Shown: piece by piece, positions 35,082-44,170 of the stretch
How the letters are laid out: every line of letters begins with the position of its first letter
How positions within the stretch are numbered: the first letter of the stretch is position 1
Source of the DNA: Candidatus Poriferisocius sp.
GTDB taxonomy: Bacteria; Actinomycetota; Acidimicrobiia; Acidimicrobiales; Bin134
Direction of reading: 5' to 3'
DNA length: 64,000 nucleotides
Assembly (NCBI RefSeq): GCF_965214065.1
Contig: NZ_CBDCAT010000027.1
Span: 823,968-887,967 of the forward strand
Position numbers and translations under genes: made by a program
Notes under the pieces: model-generated
Database searches by the model: none
Told to the model about the DNA's origin: nothing
What the model saw: the letters and a program-made list of their open reading frames with translations, nothing else

Positions 35082-36122
35082 TCAGGCGGGACGGAGTTCC
35101 GCCGCCAACTCACCGCCTGCTACCACCGGGTTTCCGTCCAGAGTCACCGTGCAACCCCGCATGGGCAGATCGAAGTGACCTCGGCAATACCGCCCTGCCA
35201 CCTCGTTGGCGCCGGTCGAGTACAAGAAGTTGCCGGCGAAAGCCCGCAGCTCAGTGCCGTTGTGATCGGCCTTGTCCCATAGGGCCATGGCCTCCCACCG
35301 GGCCGAGGTGTTCATCCCCCAGCCCACGTGGCTCACTGCGTAGGCGTTGGGCTCCTCGAATGCGGCCAGATAGGACCGGAACAGCTCGGCGTCAACCCCG
35401 TCTCCCGCGATGTCGGTGATGTAGTCGTCCACCACGGTCAGCGCCACTGGCTCGCGGATGTACTCCTTGAAGGTGAGGTTCACGTCGCCAGGGGCCAGCA
35501 CCACCGTTCCGTTCACCGTGGCCGCGGCGGGGAACGCCAACACCAGACCGCCGGGCCAGTGGGCGATCGTCCCCGGCTCAGCGCACCAACCGTGCGACCC
35601 GGCCCGCACCGCGCCGAAGAGATCGATGGTCAGATCGGTACCGGCGCCAGAGGCCACCGTCATCATCTTGGCCTGCTCCAACATGGCGACCCCGGTTGCC
35701 ACCCGATCGGCCAGTGAGGGGTCGTGGGGCCACCGCTCGGTGTTCTCGGGATGCTCGTTGGAGACCATAAGCACTCGGGCCCCGCTGGCCAGGATCTGTC
35801 CGAGCTCTGGGGCATGCAGCAGCCCCTCCACCGTGCAGTCCACGATGAAGTCGGCATTGGTCAGCGCACCCAGCGCCACCGCGTTGGCGGCCAGCGCCAC
35901 CGATGCCCCGGTGGAGCGGATAGGAAGCGGCCCCGCATTGGGCGGGGTGGTGACCACCACATCGACGGGAGCAACCCCGCAAAGCGATAGGGCCGAACGA
36001 GCGGTCTGCACAATCTCGGAGCGGCTCCGGGTCTCTGACAGCACCACCGCGGTCTCGGTGGAAACCAGCCTGCAGGCCTCGAATTGCTCGGCGTATCGCC
36101 TGACCCAGGAGCTCTCAATCAT
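35082..36122 (-). CDS. 2,5-dihydroxypyridine 5,6-dioxygenase (NicX)-like, aminopeptidase-T (M29) fold Fe(II) dioxygenase family
   Basis: The C-terminal VSHVGWGMNTSARWEAMALWD...RAFAGNFLYSTGANEVAGRYCRGHFDLPMRGC closely parallels, from memory, P. putida NicX ISHIGWGL...FYGNFLFSTGPN...CHLDIPLRNC. The His/Ser/His/Asp iron ligands appear conserved. Confidence 0.65.
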   Translation of the reverse strand: MIESSWVRRYAEQFEACRLVSTETAVVLSETRSRSEIVQTARSALSLCGVAPVDVVVTTPPNAGPLPIRSTGASVALAANAVALGALTNADFIVDCTVEGLLHAPELGQILASGARVLMVSNEHPENTERWPHDPSLADRVATGVAMLEQAKMMTVASGAGTDLTIDLFGAVRAGSHGWCAEPGTIAHWPGGLVLAFPAAATVNGTVVLAPGDVNLTFKEYIREPVALTVVDDYITDIAGDGVDAELFRSYLAAFEEPNAYAVSHVGWGMNTSARWEAMALWDKADHNGTELRAFAGNFLYSTGANEVAGRYCRGHFDLPMRGCTVTLDGNPVVAGGELAAELRPA

Positions 36123-36139
36123 GGATCAACCCTCATCGC

Positions 36140-37351
36140 TCACACCGGGGTCTCTTCTGCGTCGTCGAAGAGCCCCGCCCGGCCGAGGCGGTCGAGGCAC
36201 ACATCCACGCTCCAGGGATGCATGGCCGCGCCGCACCGGGCGTCACGGTAGTGCTGCTCCAGCCGCGACGGTCGCAGCAGGGCGCGCCCGCCGCACACCC
36301 GCAGCGCAAGCGAAGCCAAATCAGGGGCGCCGTCCATGGTGGTGACCATCGAACTCCACGCCCTTCGCACCGCGGCGGGCTCGGGATCGACTCCGCACTC
36401 GCCCAGCACCCGATAGCACAGCGCCTGGGCGCGGTCGTAGATGAGGTTCATTTCCGCCCAGCCCTGCTGCTTGATGGAGTGGGAGCGCCGGGCCGCAGGT
36501 CCGCCGTCGCCGATGAGGTACTCGGCGGTGGCGTCTATGACGGCCCTCATCAGCCCCAGATAGGCGAACGACAAGGTCATGAAGAAGTACGGCCATCGGG
36601 CAGCGGCTTGGTCGAACATCCCCGGCGGGATCCACTCGTGCTCTTGCGGGACGAACACGTTTTCCAACAACAGGTTGCGGGAGTCGGTGGCCCGCATGCC
36701 CAGCGGATCCCAGTCGCCCTCGATGTGGAGGCCTTTTGAGTCGGCGGCCACGCCCAAAAGGCGCACCCGGGGGTCGCCTTCAACCACGCACACGACGTTG
36801 TGGATGTCGGCGGCTCCGCTGAGCGAGGCGAAGATTTTCCGCCCGCTGACCCGGTAGCCGCCCTCGACCGCCACCGCGGTGGTGGCATAGCCCTCGGTGG
36901 CCCCGGCCGCTATCCCCTCCGAAAACGGCTGGCTGTGGATGTGCCCCTGCTCCACGATGCCCTTCCATAGCGACGCTCTTCTGCGGTGCAGCACCGATCG
37001 CTCCTCTGAGCTCAACTCCATGTCGTCGGCGATCTGGCCCACCATGAGTGTGGTGGCCGAGTGCATGTTGAAGGTCAATGCGGTGGCCGCACAGTGCCGG
37101 GCGAGCTCTTCAGACGCCAGGGCGTAGCCCACGAAGTCGGCGCCTAGCCCGCCGGCCGATTCCGGTATGCAGACACCCAGCAAGCCGGCATCGGAGAGGT
37201 CGTGCCAGTTCTCAAAGGGGAAGGCCGCGTCCCGGTCGTACTTGGCCGCTCGAGCCGCCAGCTCAGGGCCGATGGCTCGAACCCGCTCCACGATGGCTGA
37301 CCGCTCAGGGGTCAGCAGCCCGCCGCCTGCCGCGAGGTCGACAAGAGTCAC
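36140..37351 (-). CDS. Acyl-CoA dehydrogenase family flavoprotein
   Basis: 403 aa with a GTG start. Three-domain ACAD-like pattern: GLGADFVGYALASEELARHC, middle beta domain GYRVSGRKIFASL, and C-terminal YRDARCGAAMHPWS. Confidence 0.8.
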   Translation of the reverse strand: MTLVDLAAGGGLLTPERSAIVERVRAIGPELAARAAKYDRDAAFPFENWHDLSDAGLLGVCIPESAGGLGADFVGYALASEELARHCAATALTFNMHSATTLMVGQIADDMELSSEERSVLHRRRASLWKGIVEQGHIHSQPFSEGIAAGATEGYATTAVAVEGGYRVSGRKIFASLSGAADIHNVVCVVEGDPRVRLLGVAADSKGLHIEGDWDPLGMRATDSRNLLLENVFVPQEHEWIPPGMFDQAAARWPYFFMTLSFAYLGLMRAVIDATAEYLIGDGGPAARRSHSIKQQGWAEMNLIYDRAQALCYRVLGECGVDPEPAAVRRAWSSMVTTMDGAPDLASLALRVCGGRALLRPSRLEQHYRDARCGAAMHPWSVDVCLDRLGRAGLFDDAEETPV

Positions 37352-37462
37352 CGGGTTGCTTTGTGTTCGCAGGGCACAGTCACTGTCTCGACTCTATTGT
37401 TGATAACCCCGGCCGCGACAGTCCGGTTGAATCGTTTGGTACCGAATGATTATACTGCCGCC

Positions 37463-38278
37463 GTGGCCGACCTCAAGGGGTTCATGTATCCCCGCTCACC
37501 CTCCGGTGCCGCTGGCATCCTGCCCGGTCCGCCGTGGCACTACTCGGGCGAGATGCTAACAGTGGAGTTCCGCACCGATCCGGCCAACGTGGCCGAGCTG
37601 CTCCCCGAGCCGCTGAAGCCAGTTGATGACGACCCCGGTGCCGTCGCCCTTATCTGGGCCGACTGGCAGAGTTGCAGCGACAGCTTCGAGGAGATCCTCG
37701 ACCCGGCTCGGGCCCAGTACAAAGAAGTGTTCTTGGTGGTGCGCTGCTCCTATCAGGGCCAGGTCTTCAGCCGGGCGGCCTACATCTGGGTGGACAAGGA
37801 CTTTGCCATGGCCCGGGGCCACATCCAGGGCTACCCCAAGAAGATGAGCGAGATCTGGATGACCCGGCCGGTGGCCTACGGCAAAGCCGGTCCCCGGCTC
37901 GAGCCCGGCGGGCAGTTCGGCGCCACCCTCAGCACCTGGGGGCGGCGGATCGCCGAGGCCCGGTTCACCATCCAGGGCACCGCCGAGGCGCCCGGATTCG
38001 TCAACGGCCACCCCATGCTGCACAGCCGCCAGATGCCGTCTATCGAGATGGACGGGCGCGACTCGCTGGACGAGCTGGTGACCATGCGGGGCTACGACGC
38101 CGACTTGGGCCCGGTGTTCAGCGGCGATGCCGAGCTAGTGCTGCCCGAGAGCCCCACCGAGGAGCTCACCCGCCTGGCGCCCTTCGAGGTCATCGGCGGC
38201 TATTACCGGCAAGTGGGCAACTCCATGGCCGGGGGCACCACGCTGTGGGCCGCCCCCAACCCGATGGAATCCGATTGA
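37463..38278 (+). CDS. Acetoacetate decarboxylase (ADC) family protein
   Basis: GTG start giving VADLKGFMYPRSPSGAAGILPGPPWHYSGE, the characteristic ADC-family N-terminus. The stop overlaps the P450 ATG (TGATG). Confidence 0.7.
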   Translation: MADLKGFMYPRSPSGAAGILPGPPWHYSGEMLTVEFRTDPANVAELLPEPLKPVDDDPGAVALIWADWQSCSDSFEEILDPARAQYKEVFLVVRCSYQGQVFSRAAYIWVDKDFAMARGHIQGYPKKMSEIWMTRPVAYGKAGPRLEPGGQFGATLSTWGRRIAEARFTIQGTAEAPGFVNGHPMLHSRQMPSIEMDGRDSLDELVTMRGYDADLGPVFSGDAELVLPESPTEELTRLAPFEVIGGYYRQVGNSMAGGTTLWAAPNPMESD

Positions 38279-39549
38279 TGGGCGCCCAGACCTATGTCGA
38301 TAGCTACTTGGCCGACCTCGGCCCCGATGACGCTGACATAACAGACCACGACACCTATGTGGCCGGCGTGCCCCACGCCACCTTCACTCGGCTGCGGGCC
38401 GAAGATCCGGTGCATTGGACCGAGGAGGCCGATGGTGCCGGGTTCTGGTCGATCCTGCGCTACGACGACTGCCTGGCAGTGAGCCGCGACGTTGAGACGT
38501 TCACCTCGTCGCTGGGCATCCGCTTGGAGGAGATGGACGCTGAGCAGACTGAGGCCCGGCGCACCATGATGGAGATGGACCCGCCCGAGCACACCCGTTA
38601 TCGGCGCTTGGTGAACAAGGGCTTCACCCGCCGCACGGTGGAGACCTTCGAATCCTCAATCCGGGAGCTGGTGGGCGAGGTGCTTGACAAGGCGCTGGCC
38701 AACGACGAGTTCGACTTCGTTCACGACATCGCCGAGGAGCTTCCCATGAGGATGCTCGGCCGCCTGCTGGGCACCGACGACGAGGACGGCCGCAAGCTGG
38801 TGGCCTGGGGCGACGCTCTGCTGGGCAACACCGACCCCGACTTCACCGATTTTCCGGTTGACCTCACCGACACCGAGCAGTTTCGGATGGTTCCTTTCCG
38901 TAGCCCCGCCGCCATCGAGATCTTCCGCTACGCCCAAGAGCAGGCCGCCGACCGGCGGGGTTGCCCCCGTGACGACATCATCACCAAACTGCTGGCCCCC
39001 GCCATCGACGGCGAGCCGCTGACCGACTTGGAGTTCAACAACTTTTTCACCCTGCTGGTGGCCGCCGGCAACGACACCACCCGCTACACCATGACCCACG
39101 GTATGTGGACCATGCTGAACCACCCTTGCCTGTGGGAGTCGTGGCAAGCCGACCCCGGCTTGACCGACACGGCGGTGGAGGAGATCTTGCGAACCGGGTC
39201 GGTCACCATGCACTTCCGACGAACCGCCACCCGCGACGTCGAACTGCGGGGGTCGCATGTTCGTGCCGGCGACAAGGTGGTTGTCTGGTTCGTGGCCGCC
39301 AACCACGATCCTGGGGGGTTCGAGCGGCCGTTCCGCTTAGATCTTGGGCGTGAGCCCAACGACCACATGGCGTTCGGCCGCAACGGACCCCACTTTTGCC
39401 TGGGGGCCTGGCTGGCCCGTATGGAGGTGCGGCTGGTGTTCGAAGAGCTTCTGAAGCGGGTGAGCCGCTTGGAGCCCGCTGGCGCCATCGACCGGCTGCG
39501 GTCCAATTTCATCTCGGGAATCAAGCGACTTCCGGTCAAGGTGGTGTGA
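38278..39549 (+). CDS. Cytochrome P450
   Basis: FGRNGPHFCLGAWLARME heme loop, I-helix VAAGNDTTRY, EILR. The 625-aa track ORF upstream part overlaps the ADC gene out of frame. Confidence 0.9.
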   Translation: MGAQTYVDSYLADLGPDDADITDHDTYVAGVPHATFTRLRAEDPVHWTEEADGAGFWSILRYDDCLAVSRDVETFTSSLGIRLEEMDAEQTEARRTMMEMDPPEHTRYRRLVNKGFTRRTVETFESSIRELVGEVLDKALANDEFDFVHDIAEELPMRMLGRLLGTDDEDGRKLVAWGDALLGNTDPDFTDFPVDLTDTEQFRMVPFRSPAAIEIFRYAQEQAADRRGCPRDDIITKLLAPAIDGEPLTDLEFNNFFTLLVAAGNDTTRYTMTHGMWTMLNHPCLWESWQADPGLTDTAVEEILRTGSVTMHFRRTATRDVELRGSHVRAGDKVVVWFVAANHDPGGFERPFRLDLGREPNDHMAFGRNGPHFCLGAWLARMEVRLVFEELLKRVSRLEPAGAIDRLRSNFISGIKRLPVKVV

Positions 39550-39598
39550 TGCAAGATCCAATTGCTGGAATCCGGCTCCCCTCGATCCAGGGGGCAGC

Positions 39599-40462
39599 GT
39601 GATGGGCGCCATTGTCGGCGCCGGGCTGGTCTCCCACGTTCCGCCGCTGGTGATGCCCGAGGCGATTCGCCGCCTGCTCAACAACGGCGAGGACACCACG
39701 CTCTACCAGGGTCTCCACGACTTGGGCGCTGAGCGGCTGGGCCCTCTGAGCGCCGACACCGTGGTGGTGGTGGACACCCACTGGTTCACCACCGTCGAGC
39801 ACATAGTGACTTCCGCCGACCGCCGGTGCGGACTGTTCACGTCCGAAGAGCTGCCCCGGGGCATGAGCCAGATGCCCTATGACATGCCTGGCGACCGGGA
39901 GCTGGCCGAGGCGTGGGCCTCCCAGGCCGCCGGTCGGGACGACACCTGGGTAACCGCCATCGACGACCCCCATATGCCGGTCCACTATCCCACCATCAAC
40001 CTGCTGGGGTTCTTGCAAGGTGACGAGGCGTGGATTTCGGCCGGCATCTGCCAGACCGCCGAACCGGAAGACTTCCTCTTGTTCGGCGAGCTGCTGGCTC
40101 AGGCGGTGGCGAGCCTGGACCGCCGGGTGGTGGTGTTGGCCAGCGGCGGGCTGAGCCACCGGTTCTGGCCGCTGCGCCAGTTCCGCGACCACGAAGGAGC
40201 CGATCCCGCTCTGCATCTTCGCACTCCTGAGGCGCGCGCCGCCGACGAGCACGTCATCGACTGCCTCACCAGGGGTGACCATGCCGGGGTGCTCGACTTC
40301 TTGCCCGAGTTCTCCACCCACGCCCCCGAGGGGTTCTTCGGCCATTACCTGACCATGGTCGGCGCTCTGGGCGGGGCGGACTGCACGACCCCTGGCGAGC
40401 AGTTCGGCCAATATGAGGCGGTCGCCGGGACAGGACAGATCCATCTATGGTTCAGCCCGTGA
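39599..40462 (+). CDS. hpaD: Class III (LigB-superfamily) extradiol dioxygenase, homoprotocatechuate 2,3-dioxygenase (HpaD/HpcB)-like
   Basis: VSHVPPL, VVVVDTHWF, FTSEELPRGM..PYDMPGDRELA, VVVLASGGLSHRF, EGFFGHYLTMVGALGG, GTGQIHLWF. From memory, these parallel E. coli HpcB segment by segment. Confidence 0.7.
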   Translation: MMGAIVGAGLVSHVPPLVMPEAIRRLLNNGEDTTLYQGLHDLGAERLGPLSADTVVVVDTHWFTTVEHIVTSADRRCGLFTSEELPRGMSQMPYDMPGDRELAEAWASQAAGRDDTWVTAIDDPHMPVHYPTINLLGFLQGDEAWISAGICQTAEPEDFLLFGELLAQAVASLDRRVVVLASGGLSHRFWPLRQFRDHEGADPALHLRTPEARAADEHVIDCLTRGDHAGVLDFLPEFSTHAPEGFFGHYLTMVGALGGADCTTPGEQFGQYEAVAGTGQIHLWFSP

Positions 40463-41166
40463 AGCGCGCTCTGGCCATCGCCCACGAGGTGGACGGTCTG
40501 CCCGGCCAGATTGCCACCCGTTTGCGCCAGCGGGGCTATGAAGTCCACATCCACGTTGTTACCCACGACTACGACCACCCCAACGTCGCCGTGCCGTTTC
40601 CGCCCATGGACGACTACGACCTGCTGTTGCCCATGGGCTCGGTGCGCTCGCTCACCGACAAGGCCGAGATCGATACTTGGATCTATGAAGAGCTCGACAT
40701 GATCAGACAGGCCCATGAGGCGGGCAAGCCCGTGTTGGGAATCTGCTTCGGCGGACAGCTGATCTCCGAAGCGCTCGGCGGCACAGTCGAGGTGTCCCCG
40801 GTGACCGAGATCGGCTGGTTCGAGCTCGGCGACGGCGAAGACGGCCCCAACCCGGCCGGGCCGGGGCCGTGGATGCAGTGGCACCACGACCGCTTCACCC
40901 CGCCCCCCGGATCTGAGGTGCTGGCCCGCAACGACAGCTCGGTGCAGCTCATCAGGATCGACCGCACGGTGGGAACCCAGTTCCACCCCGAGGTCGACGT
41001 GGCCCACGTCGAGTCGTTCCTCAGGTTGGCCCCGAAAGACTACTTGGACGAATGCGGGGTGGACTTCGACCAGCTCATGGAGGAGACCCGCCAGCACGAG
41101 ATGGCCAACATCAAGCGGTGCCACGCCTTTGTCGACTGGTACCTCGACGAGGTGCTGGCCGATTAG
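40447..41166 (+). CDS. Class I glutamine amidotransferase-like protein
   Basis: VLGICFGGQLI (nucleophile Cys) and GTQFHPE (His-Glu). It overlaps the dioxygenase gene by 16 nt. Confidence 0.8.
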   Translation: MVQPVKRALAIAHEVDGLPGQIATRLRQRGYEVHIHVVTHDYDHPNVAVPFPPMDDYDLLLPMGSVRSLTDKAEIDTWIYEELDMIRQAHEAGKPVLGICFGGQLISEALGGTVEVSPVTEIGWFELGDGEDGPNPAGPGPWMQWHHDRFTPPPGSEVLARNDSSVQLIRIDRTVGTQFHPEVDVAHVESFLRLAPKDYLDECGVDFDQLMEETRQHEMANIKRCHAFVDWYLDEVLAD

Positions 41167-41187
41167 CGCACCCCTCAGCCGGGTTTC

Positions 41188-42501
41188 TCAGTGGTACATG
41201 AGGTATTCGTCGAGCTCCCACTGGGTTACCTCGCCTCCGGGCACGTCCCCGCCAACCGCGGCGATATAGCGGTCCCACTCGGCCTGCTTGTTGGCGATGA
41301 AGTTCTGGCAAAGGTCGTCGCCCACTGCGGCCATCAACGCGGGATCGGCCTGAAGATGCTCTAGTGCGGCGGCAAGGCTGGGCGCCGCGCCGACATCGGT
41401 GTTGACCTCTTCGAATCCGTCGGTGGTCAGCGGACCGGGGCATTCCAGCTCATCGACCACGCCGAGCCGGGCCGCTTGAAGGACGGTGGCCACCCCCAAG
41501 TGGATGTTGACCGCGCCGTCGCCAACCCGGTTCTCGATCCGGGTGGCCGCTCCTCTCGCCTCCGGTATGCGATTGGCCGCGCAGCGATGGTCGTGGCCCC
41601 AGTTGGCCCAATAGCCGTTGAGCTCTGCGGGCTGGAGCCGCCGGTAGGCGTTCACCGTGGGGGCGCACAGCGCGGTGAGCCCCTGATGGTGGGCCACCAG
41701 GCCGGCCAGGCACCCCTTGGCCAGGGCAGATAGGCCGTCGTCGGCCGAGGTGTCGTTGAAGGCGTTATGGCCGTCGGCGTCGACCAGAGAGAAGTTCACA
41801 TGTACGCCGCTGCCGGCCACCCCGACAAACGGCTTGCCCAAGAAAGTGATGTCCAGGCCGTGGGCCAGGGCCACCTCTCGGGCCAGCACCCGGAACAAGA
41901 ACGCCTCGTCGGCCGCTTTGAGGGCGTCGTCGTATTCCAGCGTAAGCTCGAACTGGGACTCGTCGTACTCCGCGTTGATGCTCTCCATCCGGAACCCGCA
42001 CCTCCAAGCGGTGCGGGTGATGTCGTCGATCAGCCCGGTGGGATCAGCCGAGCGCCCCGTGCCGTAGACGAACGACCGGGGAGTGTCCCAGCGCTCCCAG
42101 CCGCCCTCGCCGTCGGGCTGGAGCACATAGGCCTCTAGCTCGATGCCCACCTTGGGCGTATACCCAAGCTCGGCCCACGCGGCGATGGCCTGCTGGAGAG
42201 CGAAACGGGTTGAGACGGTGTAGGGCTGGCCCCTGAAGTCCAGATGACCCACGACCACACCGGTAGCGTCGTCCTCCCAGCTGGGGCGAACCTCGTCAGG
42301 ATCGAAGCTGGCCACTACGTCGGGTAGCCCTTCCAGCAGATAGGTACCCGGAGCGGGAATCAGGCTGCGGTCGTAACCGAGGGCGAAGGTGGTGATGCAG
42401 TGCCCTGTGCCCTGCTCGGCCAGGTGGACAGGCAGATACTTGCCCCGGGCCAAGCCGAGATGGTCGGGCCACAGCACGCGAATCCGGTCGTAGTCGCTCA
42501 T
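41188..42501 (-). CDS. Glutamine-synthetase-family gamma-glutamyl ligase (second copy)
   Basis: 437 aa with ELEAYVL, NAEYDESQFELTL, FLGKPFVGVAGSGVHVNFSL, TRIENR. Confidence 0.85.
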   Translation of the reverse strand: MSDYDRIRVLWPDHLGLARGKYLPVHLAEQGTGHCITTFALGYDRSLIPAPGTYLLEGLPDVVASFDPDEVRPSWEDDATGVVVGHLDFRGQPYTVSTRFALQQAIAAWAELGYTPKVGIELEAYVLQPDGEGGWERWDTPRSFVYGTGRSADPTGLIDDITRTAWRCGFRMESINAEYDESQFELTLEYDDALKAADEAFLFRVLAREVALAHGLDITFLGKPFVGVAGSGVHVNFSLVDADGHNAFNDTSADDGLSALAKGCLAGLVAHHQGLTALCAPTVNAYRRLQPAELNGYWANWGHDHRCAANRIPEARGAATRIENRVGDGAVNIHLGVATVLQAARLGVVDELECPGPLTTDGFEEVNTDVGAAPSLAAALEHLQADPALMAAVGDDLCQNFIANKQAEWDRYIAAVGGDVPGGEVTQWELDEYLMYH

Positions 42502-42537
42502 GGAGTTATTCCTCTCATGACGGAGAGATTTGTTGTC

Positions 42538-43371
42538 TTATCTTTGCTGAATCGCTGGCAAGGAACCCAAGAACTCGCCAACAAGCTCATTGAACGCTTC
42601 AGGGGCTTCTGCCGGGCTGAGGTGACCTGCTCCAGGGATGACTTCCAGCCGGCTGTTCTTGATGCCCGCATGGAGCACGTCGGCATAGGCCGGAGGGGTC
42701 TCCTCGTCGAGTTCGCCGACGACCACCAGCGTGGCAGACTCGACCTCAGAGAGCCGGTGGAGCACATTATGAGAGGGGATCAGCTGGCACGAGGCCCGGA
42801 ATCCCGTCTCGGGGATTCGGGCGAACGCGGCGGCGGTGCGGTCGCGCTCGATCCCCTCGAATCCCGGGGCTGCGATGCCGGCGATCACTTCGTCGGCAAT
42901 GTTGGCCAGCGAGAGCCCGGCATCCAGAGGGGCGGTCCGCGATTCGCGCCACTCGTCGGGATCGGTTCCGTCGCCGCCGAATACTGCGCTGGTGTCGGCC
43001 AGCACCAGCGACCGGATCCGGTAGGGGTGGCGCAAGGCGGTGTGCAGCGCATGGTGTCCCCCAAACGACAGCCCGCACAGATGAGCTGACTCCACGCCCA
43101 GCCGATCGAGAAGTTCGGCCACCGCGTCGGCGACGGCCTCGAATGTGAGCGGGGTTACCGGCGATGACTCGCCGTAGCCGGGCATATCCCAGGCCACACA
43201 GCGCCACCGGTCGCTAAGAGCCTCAAGCTGGGGTTCCCACGAAGTGCGCGACCCGGCCAAGCCATGGAGGAACAGCACAACATCGCCATTGCCTGCTTCA
43301 CGCCATGCGATGGCACCATCGACATCTCGCACCCGGACAGCCACCACAGACCAAACTAACGTTCTCGGCAA
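42538..43371 (-). CDS. Alpha/beta-fold hydrolase
   Basis: VVLFLHGLAGS and GLSFGG nucleophile elbow (GxSxG), with a C-terminal IPGAGHLSP His. The start is uncertain (TTG 43371, or GTG 43347/43344). Confidence 0.8.
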   Translation of the reverse strand: MPRTLVWSVVAVRVRDVDGAIAWREAGNGDVVLFLHGLAGSRTSWEPQLEALSDRWRCVAWDMPGYGESSPVTPLTFEAVADAVAELLDRLGVESAHLCGLSFGGHHALHTALRHPYRIRSLVLADTSAVFGGDGTDPDEWRESRTAPLDAGLSLANIADEVIAGIAAPGFEGIERDRTAAAFARIPETGFRASCQLIPSHNVLHRLSEVESATLVVVGELDEETPPAYADVLHAGIKNSRLEVIPGAGHLSPAEAPEAFNELVGEFLGSLPAIQQR

Positions 43372-43395
43372 GAGCGAATAGAAGCGAACAGTTCT

Positions 43396-44103
43396 ATGGC
43401 CACGAAACCCCCCCTGATCGGATTGCCCGGCCGGCGCAAGCGCGGCTCAGAGGTACGCGGCTTGCTGAAGGTGCTAGATGACTGCGACCTCGACCTGTAC
43501 TTCGCCGATTACGCCCGCGGCGTCATCGAGGCGGGCGGGATTCCGGTGCACATTCCCATCGACGTTGATCCGGCTGCTGTCGGCGAGCGGCTCGACGGGC
43601 TGGTGTTGCCCGGGGGAACCGACATCGACCCGATTCGATACGGGGCCGATCCCGATCCTGAATTGCTGGCTCCTGAATTGGAACGCGATGACTTGGAGTT
43701 GGGGCTGCTGTCAGCTGCGTTGGATGCCGACATCCCGGTGCTCGGCATCTGTCGGGGTATCCAGGTACTCAACGTCCACCAGGGGGGCACACTGCACCAG
43801 CACGTCCCGGAACACAACCGCCTCGACATTTCCATCCATTCCGCTACTCACCGGGTGAACTTCGCCGAGGACTCCACCCTTTATGAGCTTTATGGCCCGT
43901 CAGCCCAGGTCAACAGCCTCCACCATCAAGCGGTGGCCAACGTGGGTCGCGATCTCACCGTCACCGCCCAGACCGACGACGGCACCATCGAGGGTTTGGA
44001 GATGGGCGACTCAGTAGTGACCGTGCAATGGCACCCGGAGATGATGCCCACCCGCCCCACGGATCCGATCTTCCGCTGGCTGGTGGATCGAGCGTCTTGC
44101 TAG
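43396..44103 (+). CDS. Gamma-glutamyl-gamma-aminobutyrate hydrolase (PuuD)-like peptidase C26
   Basis: VLGICRGIQVLNV (Cys nucleophile), VQWHPE, LPGGTDIDP. Confidence 0.85.
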   Translation: MATKPPLIGLPGRRKRGSEVRGLLKVLDDCDLDLYFADYARGVIEAGGIPVHIPIDVDPAAVGERLDGLVLPGGTDIDPIRYGADPDPELLAPELERDDLELGLLSAALDADIPVLGICRGIQVLNVHQGGTLHQHVPEHNRLDISIHSATHRVNFAEDSTLYELYGPSAQVNSLHHQAVANVGRDLTVTAQTDDGTIEGLEMGDSVVTVQWHPEMMPTRPTDPIFRWLVDRASC

Positions 44104-44170
44104 TCCTGCTTGCGGCCGTGGAGAAAGTACATGGGCGTGAAGATGCCGAGTTCGCCCGCCTCGCCCACCA

